In this document: positions 11,432 through 24,432 of the stretch, one piece after another | Numbering within the stretch: the first letter of the stretch is position 1 | How the letters are laid out: each line of letters starts with the position of its first letter | Source: Mustelus asterias | Taxonomy: Eukaryota | Length of the DNA: 64,000 bases | Direction: 5' to 3' | Assembly: GCF_964213995.1 (NCBI RefSeq) | Contig: NW_027590175.1 | Location: 186,001 to 250,000, forward strand | Program-made: the position numbers and the translations under genes | Notes under the pieces: model-generated | Seen by the model: only the letters and a program-made list of their open reading frames with translations | Told to the model about the DNA's origin: nothing | Database searches by the model: none

Positions 11432-13469
11432 TGACACAATGAAGAGCAATATGGCATTCTTAATCAGGGTGACAGCGTGTTGGCTGCAAATTCGACGCCA
11501 ATGTAATTTTCACGAAACCTGACACAGAAAGACCAAATGATGGTATCGTTTACAAATCTAAACATGTAGATTTTACTATTTTACCCCACAGTGTTCACGT
11601 TTTACCCCAAGTACTGTTCACGTTTAGTTCAAAATTGCACTCAAATTAATTACCTGTAATAAACGCTCCAAATATTGCACAGATACCGAATAACGACATT
11701 GCTGTTTGTCTTTACGCCTATTTACTTAGAAACCTGCAGACACTGACAATATGTCACCGCTGGTTCTACCAGTATTGAGGCTCGGTGCCTCCTGTTCCCG
11801 CTCATATGTCATGACATTCTGTGTTTGGCGTAGGGTACAGCCACCAGTCTCCTGACAATCGGACAGTAACTGATCCAAATGCACACACTGCAAAGATTGA
11901 AATTTCAAGCGGGATAATGATATTCAGAAGGAAGTAACATTTATCATTCAGTGACATCAATGCACAATGCCGCGATTCACACACTGAGTGTGTGTGAACG
12001 CACAGTAATCACTGACACTGCTGAATACTCGAATTCCTTTTGTTTAACAGCAATATATTGAAGTTCACTGACGTCGTATGTACGTCATAGCGAACACAGA
12101 ATGTGACACACATTGATAACTTGCAGGGAATATATTATAAATAACGGATTTTTCATCAATGTTTAGTTCATGCAGGATTTTTAGAATCCGGGATTAATAT
12201 TACACACATTCAAAGGGATTTATAAGTTTCTAGTTTGACTTATGGACAATTCTGCTAAACTTTCAGTTAGCACTTGTTCAGCAGAGTTTTTTTTTACCTT
12301 ACGTCCTCGCTGTGACCATAACTTGCAAAATCAGTCTTCCAATGAATGAAATGCTCACTCTGTCACCTTTACCCGAATGAAGATTCCTTGAGGGAAAAAA
12401 AGTGCACCGTTGTCAGTTTAACCGCTAACGTTATTATAATCCGAGGTCGGGAGGTGGAGCTTCTCGCTGCTGCCACAACCTGAGATTGGCAGTTGCGGTC
12501 CCAGTTACCTCAGTCAGATACATGTGCACTTCCGGTTCTAACGGTAGTTTCCCATCTACATGTAACTCCTGATAGAAACAGTGACCGAGTGTAAGGATGT
12601 GTAATTCTCTGCTGAAGATGATTCATGGAAAAATAGTCAGCTACTGCAAATGCTACTGAGACCACAGATTTCCGCTCCTAAATTCATTCTGATGATCAGA
12701 TTATCTAATTCAATTTGAAGCAATTGAAACATAAAGTAGACTAATCAAAATCAGAACAGAGAAGGGGAAATGTTTTAACAGGGCATATGAAACACCAACA
12801 CTTCCTGTGACGTCAGCTTTCGAGACGAAGAAAAACTTTTAGCGCTTTATAGTGTTCATTATCAGCAGCAAATTCCTCAGATAAATCATTAAAAGTTTAT
12901 CAATTTTGGAGAATTGGAAACTGGAAACAAATACATTTCAGCACCACGAGTTATCCTAAAGCACGTGACAGCCAATCTGGTACTTTCGCAATGCAGTCAC
13001 TGTTGCAATGTCTCGAAAATAACTTCCCTTATCGAGGAGACAGTGGGCATGTGACAATGTCACTCCGCGCATTAGTCAGAGGGCCACGTTAATCTTCCAC
13101 ACCAATTGATTCAATTCTAACATTTGAAACTGGTAAACGTTAAATTAACACAGTCTGTGATTGAAAATTAATATCAATAATGGTGATCGTGAATTTTCAT
13201 CGTTTGACATGGAAAATTAATTTACTCAGCAATGTCCTTCAGGGCGTCGGGCGAGGACATCGCCATCTTTCCTTAACCTGACCGAAATGCGACTCCAGAT
13301 TGACTCTACACTACTCCCTCAACCCATTAGCAAGCCATTTACTTTCAGGACAATGAGGGATCCATGGAATGCATGCGATCCCTGCAGTGCAGATGATGGC
13401 CAATTGGCCCATCGCGTCTGCGCACATTTCCGAAAGAGCGTGTAATGTCACACATCACCTGGAACTGTT

Positions 13470-13508
13470 AGATTTTGTACGAGTGTTAAGGCTCTATGTA
13501 ACATGGTG
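13470..13508 (-). promoter_or_regulatory. 23-bp-spacer recombination signal sequence
   Basis: Heptamer CACCATG (13508-13502), exactly 23-nt spacer, nonamer ACAAAATCT (13478-13470), directly after the YYC codons. Confidence 0.75.
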
Positions 13509-13815
13509 CTTCATCGCCGCGCAGTAATACACGGCTGAGTCAGAAATCTGAGTGTCTGTGATGTTCAAAAGGATGTTTGTGTTCATTTTATCCTGTACAG
13601 CAGAAAACCGCTTTCCAAATGTAGGCGCGTTCTCTTCATTACCAGCAGTATGTCTGACCAGAATGTACTGAAGGCCTATCCCGAGTACTCTACGTACCAA
13701 TATAGGTAAGCTGCTGTGTATGTGGTGGGGTAGTGACAGGACAACACCACAGTACCCCCTTCACTCACTGCTACTACTATGGGCTTTTGGAAAAGTTTCT
13801 CCAGCTGGCTCTGCG
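13509..13815 (-). pseudogene. TCR alpha/delta-like variable (V) exon, frameshifted
   Basis: Acceptor TTTTTTTTCCAG, then QSQLEKLFQKPIVVAVSEGGTVVLSCHYPTTYTAAYLYWYVEYS / GIGLQYIL...RFSAVQD...LLNITDTQISDSAVYYCAA; Cys, WY and DSAVYYC present; 1-nt frameshift near 13680. Confidence 0.85.
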
Positions 13816-14571
13816 CTGGAAAAAAAACAGAATGTGACAAACATAACTTTTAGATGTGTTTTTGATATAAAATGAAATACGTTTTGAGCACAATTTTTTA
13901 CTCTCTCGAACGCATACACTCTTACAGACAAAAATACACACATTATCTCTCTCTTTCTGTCACATACAATCACAAAAAGATATTCTTTCTTTCGCCACAC
14001 AGGTTCCCTCTTACAGACAAAAAGAGGTACGGTTACACAGAAACTCACAAAACGCAGGGACACAAACAAAGACACACAGACATCCACACATAGTCAGGCA
14101 CGCGCAACCATACAGCCAAAAACATGTACACAGACAGATAGACACACATATACACACACACACACGGAAAAACACACTTACACAGATATACAAAAAATAA
14201 CGCGGGCTCTTATTCACTAATCTACTGAAATTTAGCGATGGACTGCATTCCGTGAGTAAAATTAAAATGGGGGAATGTTCAGAGATTATTTCCTTAGCGA
14301 ACTGGCCCCAGGCTATAAACATTGCAATTTTCTTCTGGGTATATTCATCAGCTAAGGCTGCTCTTCTCGGAGAAGCAAAATCCCTCCCCCAGACCGGCCG
14401 TTCTGACTGAGATAGTTCAGTTTGATTTTCCATTCAATGGACTCGGGGCATTCATTGGTCCAAGAGCAAAACTCGAGGAGCCAGGCTTCCCCAATGAGGG
14501 GAATAAATATGAGAGGAAAATCGAAAAAACATCAGTGAAAGAAAACGGTGATAATCGCCCGAAATACTCAC

Positions 14572-14614
14572 TCGTTTGAAGGATCATGAGTAAAAGTAAT
14601 AGGTTGGTGGATAT
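14572..14614 (-). pseudogene. leader exon of the V segment
   Basis: 43 nt, ATA(M>I)STNLLLLLMILQT followed by a GTGAGT donor in phase 1 matching the V acceptor; an in-frame upstream ATG lies at 14653. Confidence 0.65.
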
Positions 14615-14845
14615 TGTTCTGGGCCTGCAATCACAATGAGGATCAGAAGGCATGTTTGTGCTGAATATTACGTCCAAATTCTATACTGTATGGAAATGTA
14701 CGCTGCACATTCAATCAATTTGATACGTCCTATTACCGCATTTGCCAGCACATGACCATGAATCCCATACACAACATGCAAACTGCGATTGCCAGCTAAC
14801 TTTTCTGACGTGTCCAGGCAGCCAATTGGTGCGGTGTTGCGGCTT

Positions 14846-14862
14846 TGTGTGTGTGTGCTTGC

Positions 14863-14911
<49 letters not shown>
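14846..14911 (+). repeat. (GT)n(GA)n microsatellite
   Basis: Seen directly. Confidence 0.9.
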
Positions 14912-14915
<4 letters not shown>

Positions 14916-14969
14916 GGCGGGGGGTAGAGCCGGGCGTGGAACGGTGGGGGCAAGAGGGATGGGTTAAGG

Positions 14970-15930
14970 GTAGTCATGGCAGGAGAGCTTGCACCTATAT
15001 GGCAAAAGTGCAAGTTTCAGGTGTCACTAGTGACCATGTGTTCAGGAAGTGTGTCCAAACGTAGCTACTGGCCAACCACATTTCGAAGCTGAGGCTCAGG
15101 AGATTCAATGTGGGGCATCCCCATGGCTGAGCAAGTCGTCGATAACACGTTCCGAAAGTGACCACACCGCAGGTGAAGTTTGAAAAGGCAGAAAGCCCAT
15201 GGGTGACCACGAGGCGGAGTAGAGGAAGGAAGGTAGTTCAGGAGTGGCCTGTGGGCATCTAGCAGATATAACGTTTTGGCTACTGTTTCTTTCGTGGGGG
15301 GATGGGGGAGGGGGGCTGCTCTACTGGTTCTTTCGCGGTGGAGCGGGAAGGGGGCTGACTGTGCCGGGGAAAGCAGTGAAAGTCAACGTCGTGGCAACAT
15401 GCATGGGTCTGCTGCACAATAGGGGAGGAGGAAAATGGCATTGCTATAGAGGGAAGGATTCAATTCTAAGGGGAAAAGCGTTAACATTTCTGGGATGGTG
15501 TGCTGCCTCCCTCGTGCCAGGGTCAGAATGTCAGTAAACGGCTGCAACTTTTTCTGAAGGTGGAGGGGGTGGGGGAGGGGGGAGGGGGGAGGGGGTGGAG
15601 ATGGCTACAGAAACCGTGGTAAATATTGATTTTAACTAAATAATAGAACAAGCGAGGAAATCCTGCAAGCAGAGTTCAGGGAGCCAAGAAGTAGATCAAA
15701 TTTAAAAAAACAGAAGTTCGCAATCTCTGGATTACTCCCGTGCCACGTGTCAGTGAGTTTAGAAATAGGCGGTTAGTTCAGAAGAATGCACGTCTGGAGA
15801 ATAGGTGCAGGAGTGAGGACTTCAGACTTCCAGAACTCTGGAACTGTTCTGGGAGACGGCAGGACCTGTGCAAGGAAGTCGGTTTGCAACTGAACCGAAA
15901 TTGGAATGGCTACCAATATATTGGTTTCAA
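14970..15930 (+). mobile_element. decayed CR1 ORF1 (esterase-type) remnant
   Basis: Patchy similarity to ORF1 at 34733 (GATGGTGTGCTGCCTCCCT, ATCTCTGGATTACTCCCGTGCCACG). Confidence 0.6.
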
Positions 15931-16559
15931 TAGTGTAAAATTCCCTCGATGCAGAAATAGTTCTGGTGGATTGAAAATATGCAAATACAACGTCCTAACT
16001 CTTTAAACCCAGTTTGACTGACATCATCAAATCTGAAAATGTTTCTCTCACTCACGAGTGCAGCTTATTTTGTTTCAAGTCAGAATCCTAAATGCATTTA
16101 TTTTTCTCAATTAAAGGAGCTTCTCATTATCAATCCACACCAGACTGGAGAGTAAAACTGTGAATCTCATGTCCCCAGCAGTTCAGACTTGGCCCTGTGA
16201 AGAGAGAAACAGATGATCAGGTGACAGCTCTCTGACCTTTCATCTGAACTGAAAGAGAAATGTAATACTTTATTACCAAATGAAAAGGGGACACGTTAAA
16301 GCCAGGAGAAATCAAAATTGAGTTCAACATTTGATATATTAATCTCTGTCTTATTTTCGTTCGCTCTTCTTTCCCCATTCATTTGTCTCTCACTTTATGT
16401 TGCTTGAATCCCTTCCCGCAATCCCCGCATGATCACAGTTTCTCCTCAGTTTGGTTGTGCCTTTTTTTCCTTGTTAGGTCGGATTATCAGCAGAGGCGTT
16501 GGTCACTGACAGAGGACATGTTGCATTTCTCCTCACTGTGAACTGTGCTTAGTCATAGA

Positions 16560-17740
16560 GTCGTACGGCGCAGTAGAGACGGTTTGGCCCATCGACTGTA
16601 CAACGACAATAACTGCCACTAGCATCGCGCTGATCCCATTTTCTAGCACGTGTCCAATATCCTTGAATGCTATTATTTTTCAAGTGTTCATTCCGACACT
16701 TTATAAAGTTTGTAATTTTTCCGGCCTCCAATACCTTCCCAGGCGCTGTACTGCACATTCCCAACAACCTCTTCGTGAAAGAAATACCTGCCGAATCTCG
16801 AGCCCCTTAACTTAAAACTATGCCCCGTCGTGATTAACATCTCAACAAAGGGGAAGAGCTGCTTTCCCTTCACCCTGTCCATGAACCTCAAACTTATATG
16901 CCACAATCAGTCCCCGCACTCCCTCAGCCTTCTCTGCTCAAAGGAAAATATTCCAACACTATCCACTTCCCCCTTTTCGCTCAAATGTTCCGTCCCAGGA
17001 AAAATCTTGGTGAATCTGCTCTGTTCCCCTGTTAGTATAATCACATCCTTCCTATAGTGAGCTGGCCAGAACTGTGCACAGTACTCCAGCTCTGGCCTAA
17101 CCACCGCTCTGTACAATTCCAATGTTAACTCCTTGCCCTTATATTCTATGCCACGACTGATAAAAACAAGGTGCCCCTTATGCCGTCGTAGCTATCCTAT
17201 TCAACTGCTCTGCCACCTTCAGGGATCAGTTTATAAGTATTCCTAATCCACATGTTCCTCTGAACTCCCTAATGTCCTGCGATTCATTAAATATTCACCT
17301 GTGTTATTATTTCTTCCAAAGTGCATCACCTCGCACTTATCCGGTTTATACACCATCTGCCACTGTTCGTTCCATCTCACCAACCTATCGAAATCTTCCT
17401 TGAACGTAGGGCTTTCGTCTTCAATATTAACCACGTCAACAATCTTTGTACCAGCTGCAAACTTGCTTATAATTCCCTTCAAATTATCATCTATATTATT
17501 TATGCATGTAACAAACAAAAAGCGTCTCAGCACTGAAACCTATAGTAGGCCACTTTGCTCTAACCTCCATTCATTCGAACAGACTTCTACCACTACCCTA
17601 TGTGTCCTATTATGAAGACATTTTCCGATCCATCTCACCCAGTTTCCTGAATTCCAAGTGCTTCTATATTCTCAATCAGTCTCCCTTGTGGGACCTTCTC
17701 AGTGCTTTGCTCGAACAAAACAACTAGATCAACTGCACTT
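16560..17740 (-). mobile_element. CR1 RT remnant
   Basis: ORFs 17243 and 16907 (ISKFAAGTKI, KCEVMHFG, RPELEYCAQFW). Confidence 0.85.
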
Positions 17741-17948
17741 CCCTCAGTTACAGGGGAAGGAAGTTAAAACATGCAACTTGAAAGTGTATCATCTGACTCT
17801 TCTTCAGAGTTTATTGTCAAAGATACACCTTTGATTTGTCCAGCTCTGATACAAGTTCATCCAGCTGGAAGATTAACCTTGTTTCTCCCTTCACAGGCGC
17901 TGTGAGTCGTGTTTTCAGTAAATGAAGAATTGAACAAAAGATGATTGA

Positions 17949-18012
17949 CTCCATGACCGGGAATTGAACGTGGGGCCACTGCGCCGAATCCTGATCATTA
18001 TGCTCTCAGGGA
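17949..18012 (-). pseudogene. tRNA-Glu pseudogene
   Basis: TCCATGACCGGGAATTGAA...GCGCCGAATCCT. Confidence 0.6.
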
Positions 18013-18576
18013 AGCTGATGTGACACATCGGTAATGAGATGACCATCTCCGTACCCATTGCTTTAATTCAAATAACTTTCCCTAAAAACATAGTCACAAT
18101 GAGGAATGATGGGAAGCGGACATGACAGGATTTGAACTTCACTTGGAAAATCTAAATTCATCACATTTGTCCCTGGAACCAAATCAGAAAATGTTGGAAA
18201 ACCTCAGCAGGTCAGGTGTAGCATCTGTAAGGAGAGAAAAGAGCTGGAGCTTCGAATCCAGATGACTCCTTTTCAGAGATTCCAGCATCCGCAGTAATTT
18301 GCTTTTATCCAGAGCTTAACCCCTGGGCCGGGAATACAGTCTCACTGTTTGCAACACTGTTGCTTATATCGGCAGCCAGTCATTCAGCCGGTGTTTCCGT
18401 GTGTGCTCCCTGTCGGAGCAACTGCACTCCTTCCACACTCTCTCCTTTACCCCAACAACTGTTTAATTGGCACTGTTCCTCCTCTTTTTTCCTACCAGGA
18501 ACGACACCACCCACACTTCTACATTCAATCTGAACTGTTTATCTTCAGCTGCAAGGGCCAAATCAAACAACAATTC

Positions 18577-18660
18577 TGTCAACTATCGGATTCGAAGAAA
18601 CTTTTTTGCAGAAACTGGAGTATTATTTCCAGCGCCGTAGATCACTCAGCCACGCTAAAC
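18577..18660 (-). pseudogene. tRNA-Leu pseudogene
   Basis: Positional paralogue of 78-158 and 45989, with shared flanks. Confidence 0.65.
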
Positions 18661-19387
18661 AACATGGTAAGCGTGTTATTTACTGTTATTGTTACTGAAA
18701 TACATTAGAAGCAACGGAGCTGGGAAAGGCCATCAGAAGGCTTGAATCTGCTCCTTCGCTGAATCTGGTAATCCTGAACTGTGTAACAAATAGATTCCAT
18801 CTCCAGTCTGAAACAAAATGAGCTGCAGTGAAGGGTCGGCACCATTTAAACTACCTTAACCTTGCCTGTTTCCCAATCTCCTGCGAAATTAAAATAAAAC
18901 TTCCTGTTGAATTTGATCACGGTCTTCACTTCAGACAGGACGGACACGAAGCGAGACTGAGATTTCTCTGTTCTTCCAGGAAATATCCGATATTTATTTT
19001 CACGGTTAGGACGAGAGCAATAAATCTTCATTTTCTGACCTGCAATTAAAACAGCAGTGAAAGTATCAAACTCTAACCCCCAGACACGCATCTTGTAGCG
19101 TGTTTTACAATTTGATTCATCCACGTTCTATTTGTTATTTTGTCATCATCCATAATTGAATGTGTTCAGATAATGACGACAAACGCTCCACTGCAGTTAT
19201 CACGTTTGGTTCCGAGGGTGCGACACCGGACATAAATATTTCCAAAGATTGTTCATTACAGAGTGAGATAATTTTCAAAGTTTTACAATTCAGTGTCAGT
19301 ATAAACGGTGAAATCTGATCCATTCTCTTCCAGATTTTACCTTGCTTCACCATCGCTGTCCTCAGCGATTTGTAATCTATCACTTTT

Positions 19388-19558
19388 AGAAGTCTCACAA
19401 CAACCAGGTTAAAGACCAACAAGTTTATTTGGAATCAGCAGCTGAGGGAGCGCTGCTTCTTTGAACTATTTATTCCGAATAAAGCTATTGGACTTTCAGT
19501 TGGTGTTATTAGATTTATTTCTGTGCCCACCCCACAATGCCAGCAGCTCCACCTCATC
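19388..19558. mobile_element. Penelope-derived family A palindrome (degenerate)
   Basis: Inverted arms; absent from paralogues near 925 and 46845. Confidence 0.65.
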
Positions 19559-19949
19559 ACATTCTCTCACTGTTCTTCTCTTTCTGAGTTTGTTCTTGAC
19601 ATTTCCAGCTCTGAAGTAAACTTGCAAACTTCACTCTGCTGATTCTACTGATCTGCTTTACATCAGAGTTTAAATCAGATTACTTTTAACCGTTTGCTGA
19701 GAGCAACGATTAACTTCGCAACCAACGGGAAGAGGTGCTTTCCGTTCACCCTGTTCATGAACCTCAAAATTGGAAACGGCAAATGATTCTTCTTTTCCTG
19801 AGCGGGAATTGAAAGCAAACATAACCCGGGGATGGGGTGGGGGTGGGGGTGGGGGTGGGGGGGGGGGAGGGGGGGGCGGGGGTTACTTACACAAACCACT
19901 GGACTCCAAGGGTAACGGGTGAACTGTATTTTTAAACTGACGTACCCTA

Positions 19950-20250
19950 TGGGACGGTGGTGTAGCGTTTGGTACTGTTACCTCACAGTGCGAAAGACAA
20001 GCATTCGATACTTGGCTTGGATCATTGCCTATGTGGAGTCTGCACGTTCTTCGTGTTTCTGTGTGGGTTTCCTGCGAATGCTCTGGTTTCTTCCCAGAGT
20101 CCAAAGATGCTCACGGTATTTGGATTGGCTATGCTAATTCTTCTGCTAATTACCTAAACAGGTAGCCAAGAGTGGTGACCAGCGGATTTTCACAGCAACT
20201 TCATTGAAATGGTAATGCAAGCCTTCTTGTCACACGACTAAATAAACTTT
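19950..20250 (+). mobile_element. HE1/V-SINE-like SINE
   Basis: Same head and body as 7458. Confidence 0.7.
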
Positions 20251-21275
20251 AAAATACATCTCTTTGCTTATTATTTTCATCTCAGATCATTTTCATCAGC
20301 GACAAGTATTTCCTTCAGAATATCCTGTTTAGATGGGACATAATTGGTTCCTTCAGCGAATGACAACACCCACTGTGTTTGCCAGGACATGAAGTCGACA
20401 GCGAGCTGAAATAGTCTCACAAGTTGCTGAAGTTATCGAGGTGTACAAAAGTCTAAAGGGAACTAATGGAATAAACGTCGACCAAATGATTCCTCTATGG
20501 GGCAATGTAGAACAAGAAGATGCAGGTATAGGTTGAGAGGCGGTGGATTTAAACCTGAAATGAGGAGGAAGTACTTCTCGCAGAGAGTGTTCTCGCAGAG
20601 TGGTGAATCTCTGGAACTCGCTGCCCCAGAGCGTGGTGGGTTCTGAAAGATTGAATGGTTTCAAAAGGAGATAGATATATTTCTGATGTTTCAAAAAATG
20701 TTTAAAGGGGAAAGAAGAACAGATGGGAAAGTAGACTTGAGACCAGGGAGAGATCAGCCATGATCTGATTGAATGACGAAGCAGGTTCGAAGGGCTGAAT
20801 TTGCCGACTTGAGCTCCTGATTCCTATGTTTCTATATTACTGAGTGGAACTTTCAAAACTCAAGACCCACCAACCTCATCAATGTGGCTCCAGTGTAATC
20901 TATGTACATTACATCCACCGGTTCCCCTTTATCCACAGCACATGTGTGCCCTGGAAAGAACTTCGGAACGGCCTCATTCTGTGGTTAATCGCTTTGTGAT
21001 TCTCTGTTTCCGTCATCTCACCTCTCCTGACTTCCACCCAACAGGATGTTATGTTTCCTCCCTCCTGCATCTCATTTGCGCAAAACGTTCTACATTTTTA
21101 AACATCCCCAGTTTCAGTGAAAGGGTATAGAGATGAAAGATAAGCTTTGTTTCTCTGTGCACACACGCTCTCTGACTTTCTGAGCTATTCCAGCATTTTC
21201 AACTTTCAATGCAGATGTATGATCTATTTTGGATGACAATGAAAATATAATTATTTGGCAGATCTCTGCAACGAA

Positions 21276-21365
21276 GGCTCGTTGGTCTAGGGGTATGATT
21301 CTCGCTTTGGGTGTTGAAATTCACAAGCTTGCGAGAGGTCTCGGGTTCAAATCCCGGACGAGCCC
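21276..21365 (+). tRNA. tRNA-Pro(TGG) with 18-nt intron (21312-21329)
   Basis: Exons equal the vertebrate Pro-TGG sequence except one T.G wobble in the T-stem; intron between nt 37 and 38; TTTT shortly downstream. Confidence 0.9.
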
Positions 21366-22710
21366 ACATTTTGCTGCTGTTGCATATTGGACAAGGGACT
21401 GGTTCTGTAAATTTATTTTCCTTGCACACGGCGGGATTGCTTCACATGGGCTTTGGGTTGAGAACCTGAGCACAATCTAACACCATAGCAGGCTCACAAG
21501 TAAATCGAAACATTTTCAATGGTTGACTCTACTGGCAGACACGAATTGAGAGGACCTCATTCCTTCAGACGACCACCCACGTTATGGGAGACTCGGGGGA
21601 AATAGCAGGACCCCTTGCAGAGATATCTGAATCATCGAAAGCCCAGGTGATCTGCTTTGAATACTGGAGGGTGGGAAATGTCGTGCTTCTGTTTAAAAAG
21701 GGTTGCAGGGAGAAGCGTGGGAGCTACAGGCCGCTGAGCCTCACATCTGTAGTGGGTAAGTTGTTCGAAGGCAGTCTGAGAAACAGGATCCCGAGGCATT
21801 TAGAGAGGCAAGGACTGATCAGAATGGCTCTGTGAGTGGAAAATCATGTCTCACGAATTTTTATTGAGTTTTTTGAAAGGGTAACCAAGAAGGTCGATGA
21901 GGGCAGTGTAATTGATGTTGTCTACATGGACTTTAGTAGGCATTTGACAAGATACCGCATGGCAGGTTGTTGCATCAAGTTAAATCTTACGGTATTCCGC
22001 GTGAGGTAGCCAAATGGATGTAAAATTGGCTTGATGACAGAAGACAGAGGCTGGTTGTAGAGAGTTGCTTTCAAATTGGAGGCCTGTCACCAGCGGTGCG
22101 CCTCAGGGTCGGTCCTGGTTCCACTGTTATTTGTCATTTATTTTAACGATTTTGATGAGCATTTAGCAGGCATGGTTAGTTATTTTGCAGATGACACCAA
22201 GATTGGAGGCATTGTGCACAGTGAAGAAGGTTATCGAGGATTGCAACGGGATCTTGATCAACTGGGCTAGTGGGCTGATGAATGGCAAATGGAGTTTGTT
22301 TGAGATGAATGCGAGGTGATGCATTTTGGTAGATCGAACCAGGACAGGACTTGCTCAATTAATGGACGGGCGTTGGTGAGAGTTTTAGAAAAAAAGATAT
22401 CTCGGGGTACAGTTCATCGCTCCTTCAAAGTTTAGTCACAGGTGGAAAGAGTGGGAGAGAAGGCATTCAGCATGCTTGGTTTCATTGGCCAGAACATTGA
22501 ACACAGCAGTTGGGACGTCTTGTTGAAGTTGTACAAGACATTGGTAAGGCCACACTTGGAATACTGTGTACAACTCTGGCCACCCTATTATAGAAAGGAT
22601 ATTATTAAACGAGAAGGAATGCAGAAAAGATTTACTCGGATGATGCCGGGACTGATATTTTGAGTTATAAGGAGAGGATGGATAGCCTTGGACTTTTTTC
22701 TCTGGAACAT

Positions 22711-24432
22711 CATAGAATCCCTACAGTACAGAAAGAGGCCATTCGGCCCATCGAGTCTGCACCGACAACAATCCCACCCAGGCTCTACCCCCATATCCAC
22801 CCACTAATCCCTCCAACCTACGCATCTCAGGACACTAAGGGCAATTTTTAGCATGGCCAATCAACCTAACCCGCCCATCTTTGGACTGTGGGAGGAAACC
22901 AGAGCACCCGGAGGAAACCCACGCAAACACGAGGAGAATGTGCAAACTCCACACAGGTCCCGTTATTTAAGAAGGGTAGGAAGGATAACCCGGGTAATTA
23001 TAGGCCGGTGAGCTTGACGTCCGTGGTGGGGAAGTTGTTGGAGAAAATTGTTAGAGATAGGATGTATGCGCATTTAGAAAGGAATAAACTCATTAACGAT
23101 AGTCAGCATGGTTTTGTGAGAGGGAGGTCATGCCTCACTCACCTGGTGGAGTTTTTTGAAGAAGTGACCAAAATGGTTGACGAGGGAAGGGCCGTGGATG
23201 TCGTCTATATGGACTTTAGTAAAGCGTTTGACAAAGTCCCTCATGGTAGGCTGGTGAAAAAGGTTGGATCTCATGGGATAAAGGGGGAGGTGGCTAGATG
23301 GGTGGAGAACTGGCTTGGTCACAGAAGACAGAGGGTGGTAGTGGAAGGGTCTTTTTCCAGCTGGAGGCCTGTGACTAGTGGTGTTCCGCAGGGGTCTGTA
23401 TTGGGACCTCTGCTGTTTGTGATTTATATAAATGATCTGGAAGAAGGTGTAACTGGGGTGATCAGTAAGTTTGCGGACGACACAAAATTGGCAGGACTTG
23501 CAGATAGTGAGGAGCATTGTCAGAAGCTACAGAAGGATATAGATAGGCTGGAAATTTGGGCAAAGAAATGGCAGATGGAGTTCAATCCTGATGAATGCGA
23601 AGTGATGCATTTTGGTATAAATAATGTAGGGAGGAGCTATATGATAAATGGCAGAACCATAAAGGGTGTAGATACGCAGAGGGACCTGGGTGTGCAAGTC
23701 CACAGATCCTTGAAAGTGACGTCACAGGTGGAGAAGGTGGTGAAGAAGGCATATGGCATGCTTGCCTTTATAGGACGGGGCATAGAGTATAAAAGTTGGG
23801 ATCTGATGTTGCAGATGTATAGAACGTTGGTTCGGCCGCATCTGGAATACTGCGTCCAGTTCTGGTCACCACACTACCAGAAGGACTTGGAGGCTTTGGA
23901 GAGAGTACAGAGGAGGTTTACCAGGATGTTACCTGGTATGGAGGGGCTTAGTTATGAGGAGAGATTGGGTAAACTGGGGTTGTTCTCCCTGGAAAGACGG
24001 AGGATGAGGGGAAACTTAATAGAGGTGTATAAAATTATGAAAGGCATAGATAGGGTGAACGGCGGGAATCTTTTCCCCAGGTCGGTGGTGACGTTCACGA
24101 GGGGTCATAGGTTCAAGGTGAAGGGGGGAAGGTTTAACACAGATATCAGACGGACATATTTTACACAGAGGGTGGTGGGGGCCTGGAATGCGCTGCCAGG
24201 CAAGGTGGTGGAGGCGGACACACTGGGAACGTTTAAGACTTATCCAGACAGCCATATGAACGGAGTGGGAATGCAGGGATACAAAAGAATGGTCCAGTTT
24301 GGACCAGCGCGGGCTTGGAGGGCATATTCCTGTGCTGTATTGTTCTTTGTACAGTGACCCAAGCCGGGAATCGAACCCAGGTCGCAGAAGCTATGAAGCA
24401 GCAGTGCTAACCACTGTGCTACCGTGCCACCC
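22711..24432 (-). mobile_element. HE1-like SINE split in two (22711-22956 and 24351-24432)
   Basis: CACACAG...ACAGTGACCCAAGCCGGG is continuous once the inner CR1 is removed. Confidence 0.8.
22957..24350 (+). mobile_element. young 5'-truncated CR1 with open RT frame
   Basis: Uninterrupted ORF: NYRPVSLTS, QHGF, DFSKAFD, GVPQGSVLGP, FADD; tail TGTTCTTTGT. Confidence 0.92.

Noticed and set aside
11588-11630. CACAGTG as an RSS for a D or J segment
   Set aside because: No nonamer at 12- or 23-nt spacing; it sits in a short local duplication
340-13000. Numerous 60-100 aa ORFs
   Set aside because: No domain signal and not preserved between paralogous modules; chance ORFs or TE fragments
14176-14215. 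Alternative V leader (ALFFVYL followed by GTAAGT)
   Set aside because: In-frame stop and no start codon; 14572-14614 fits better
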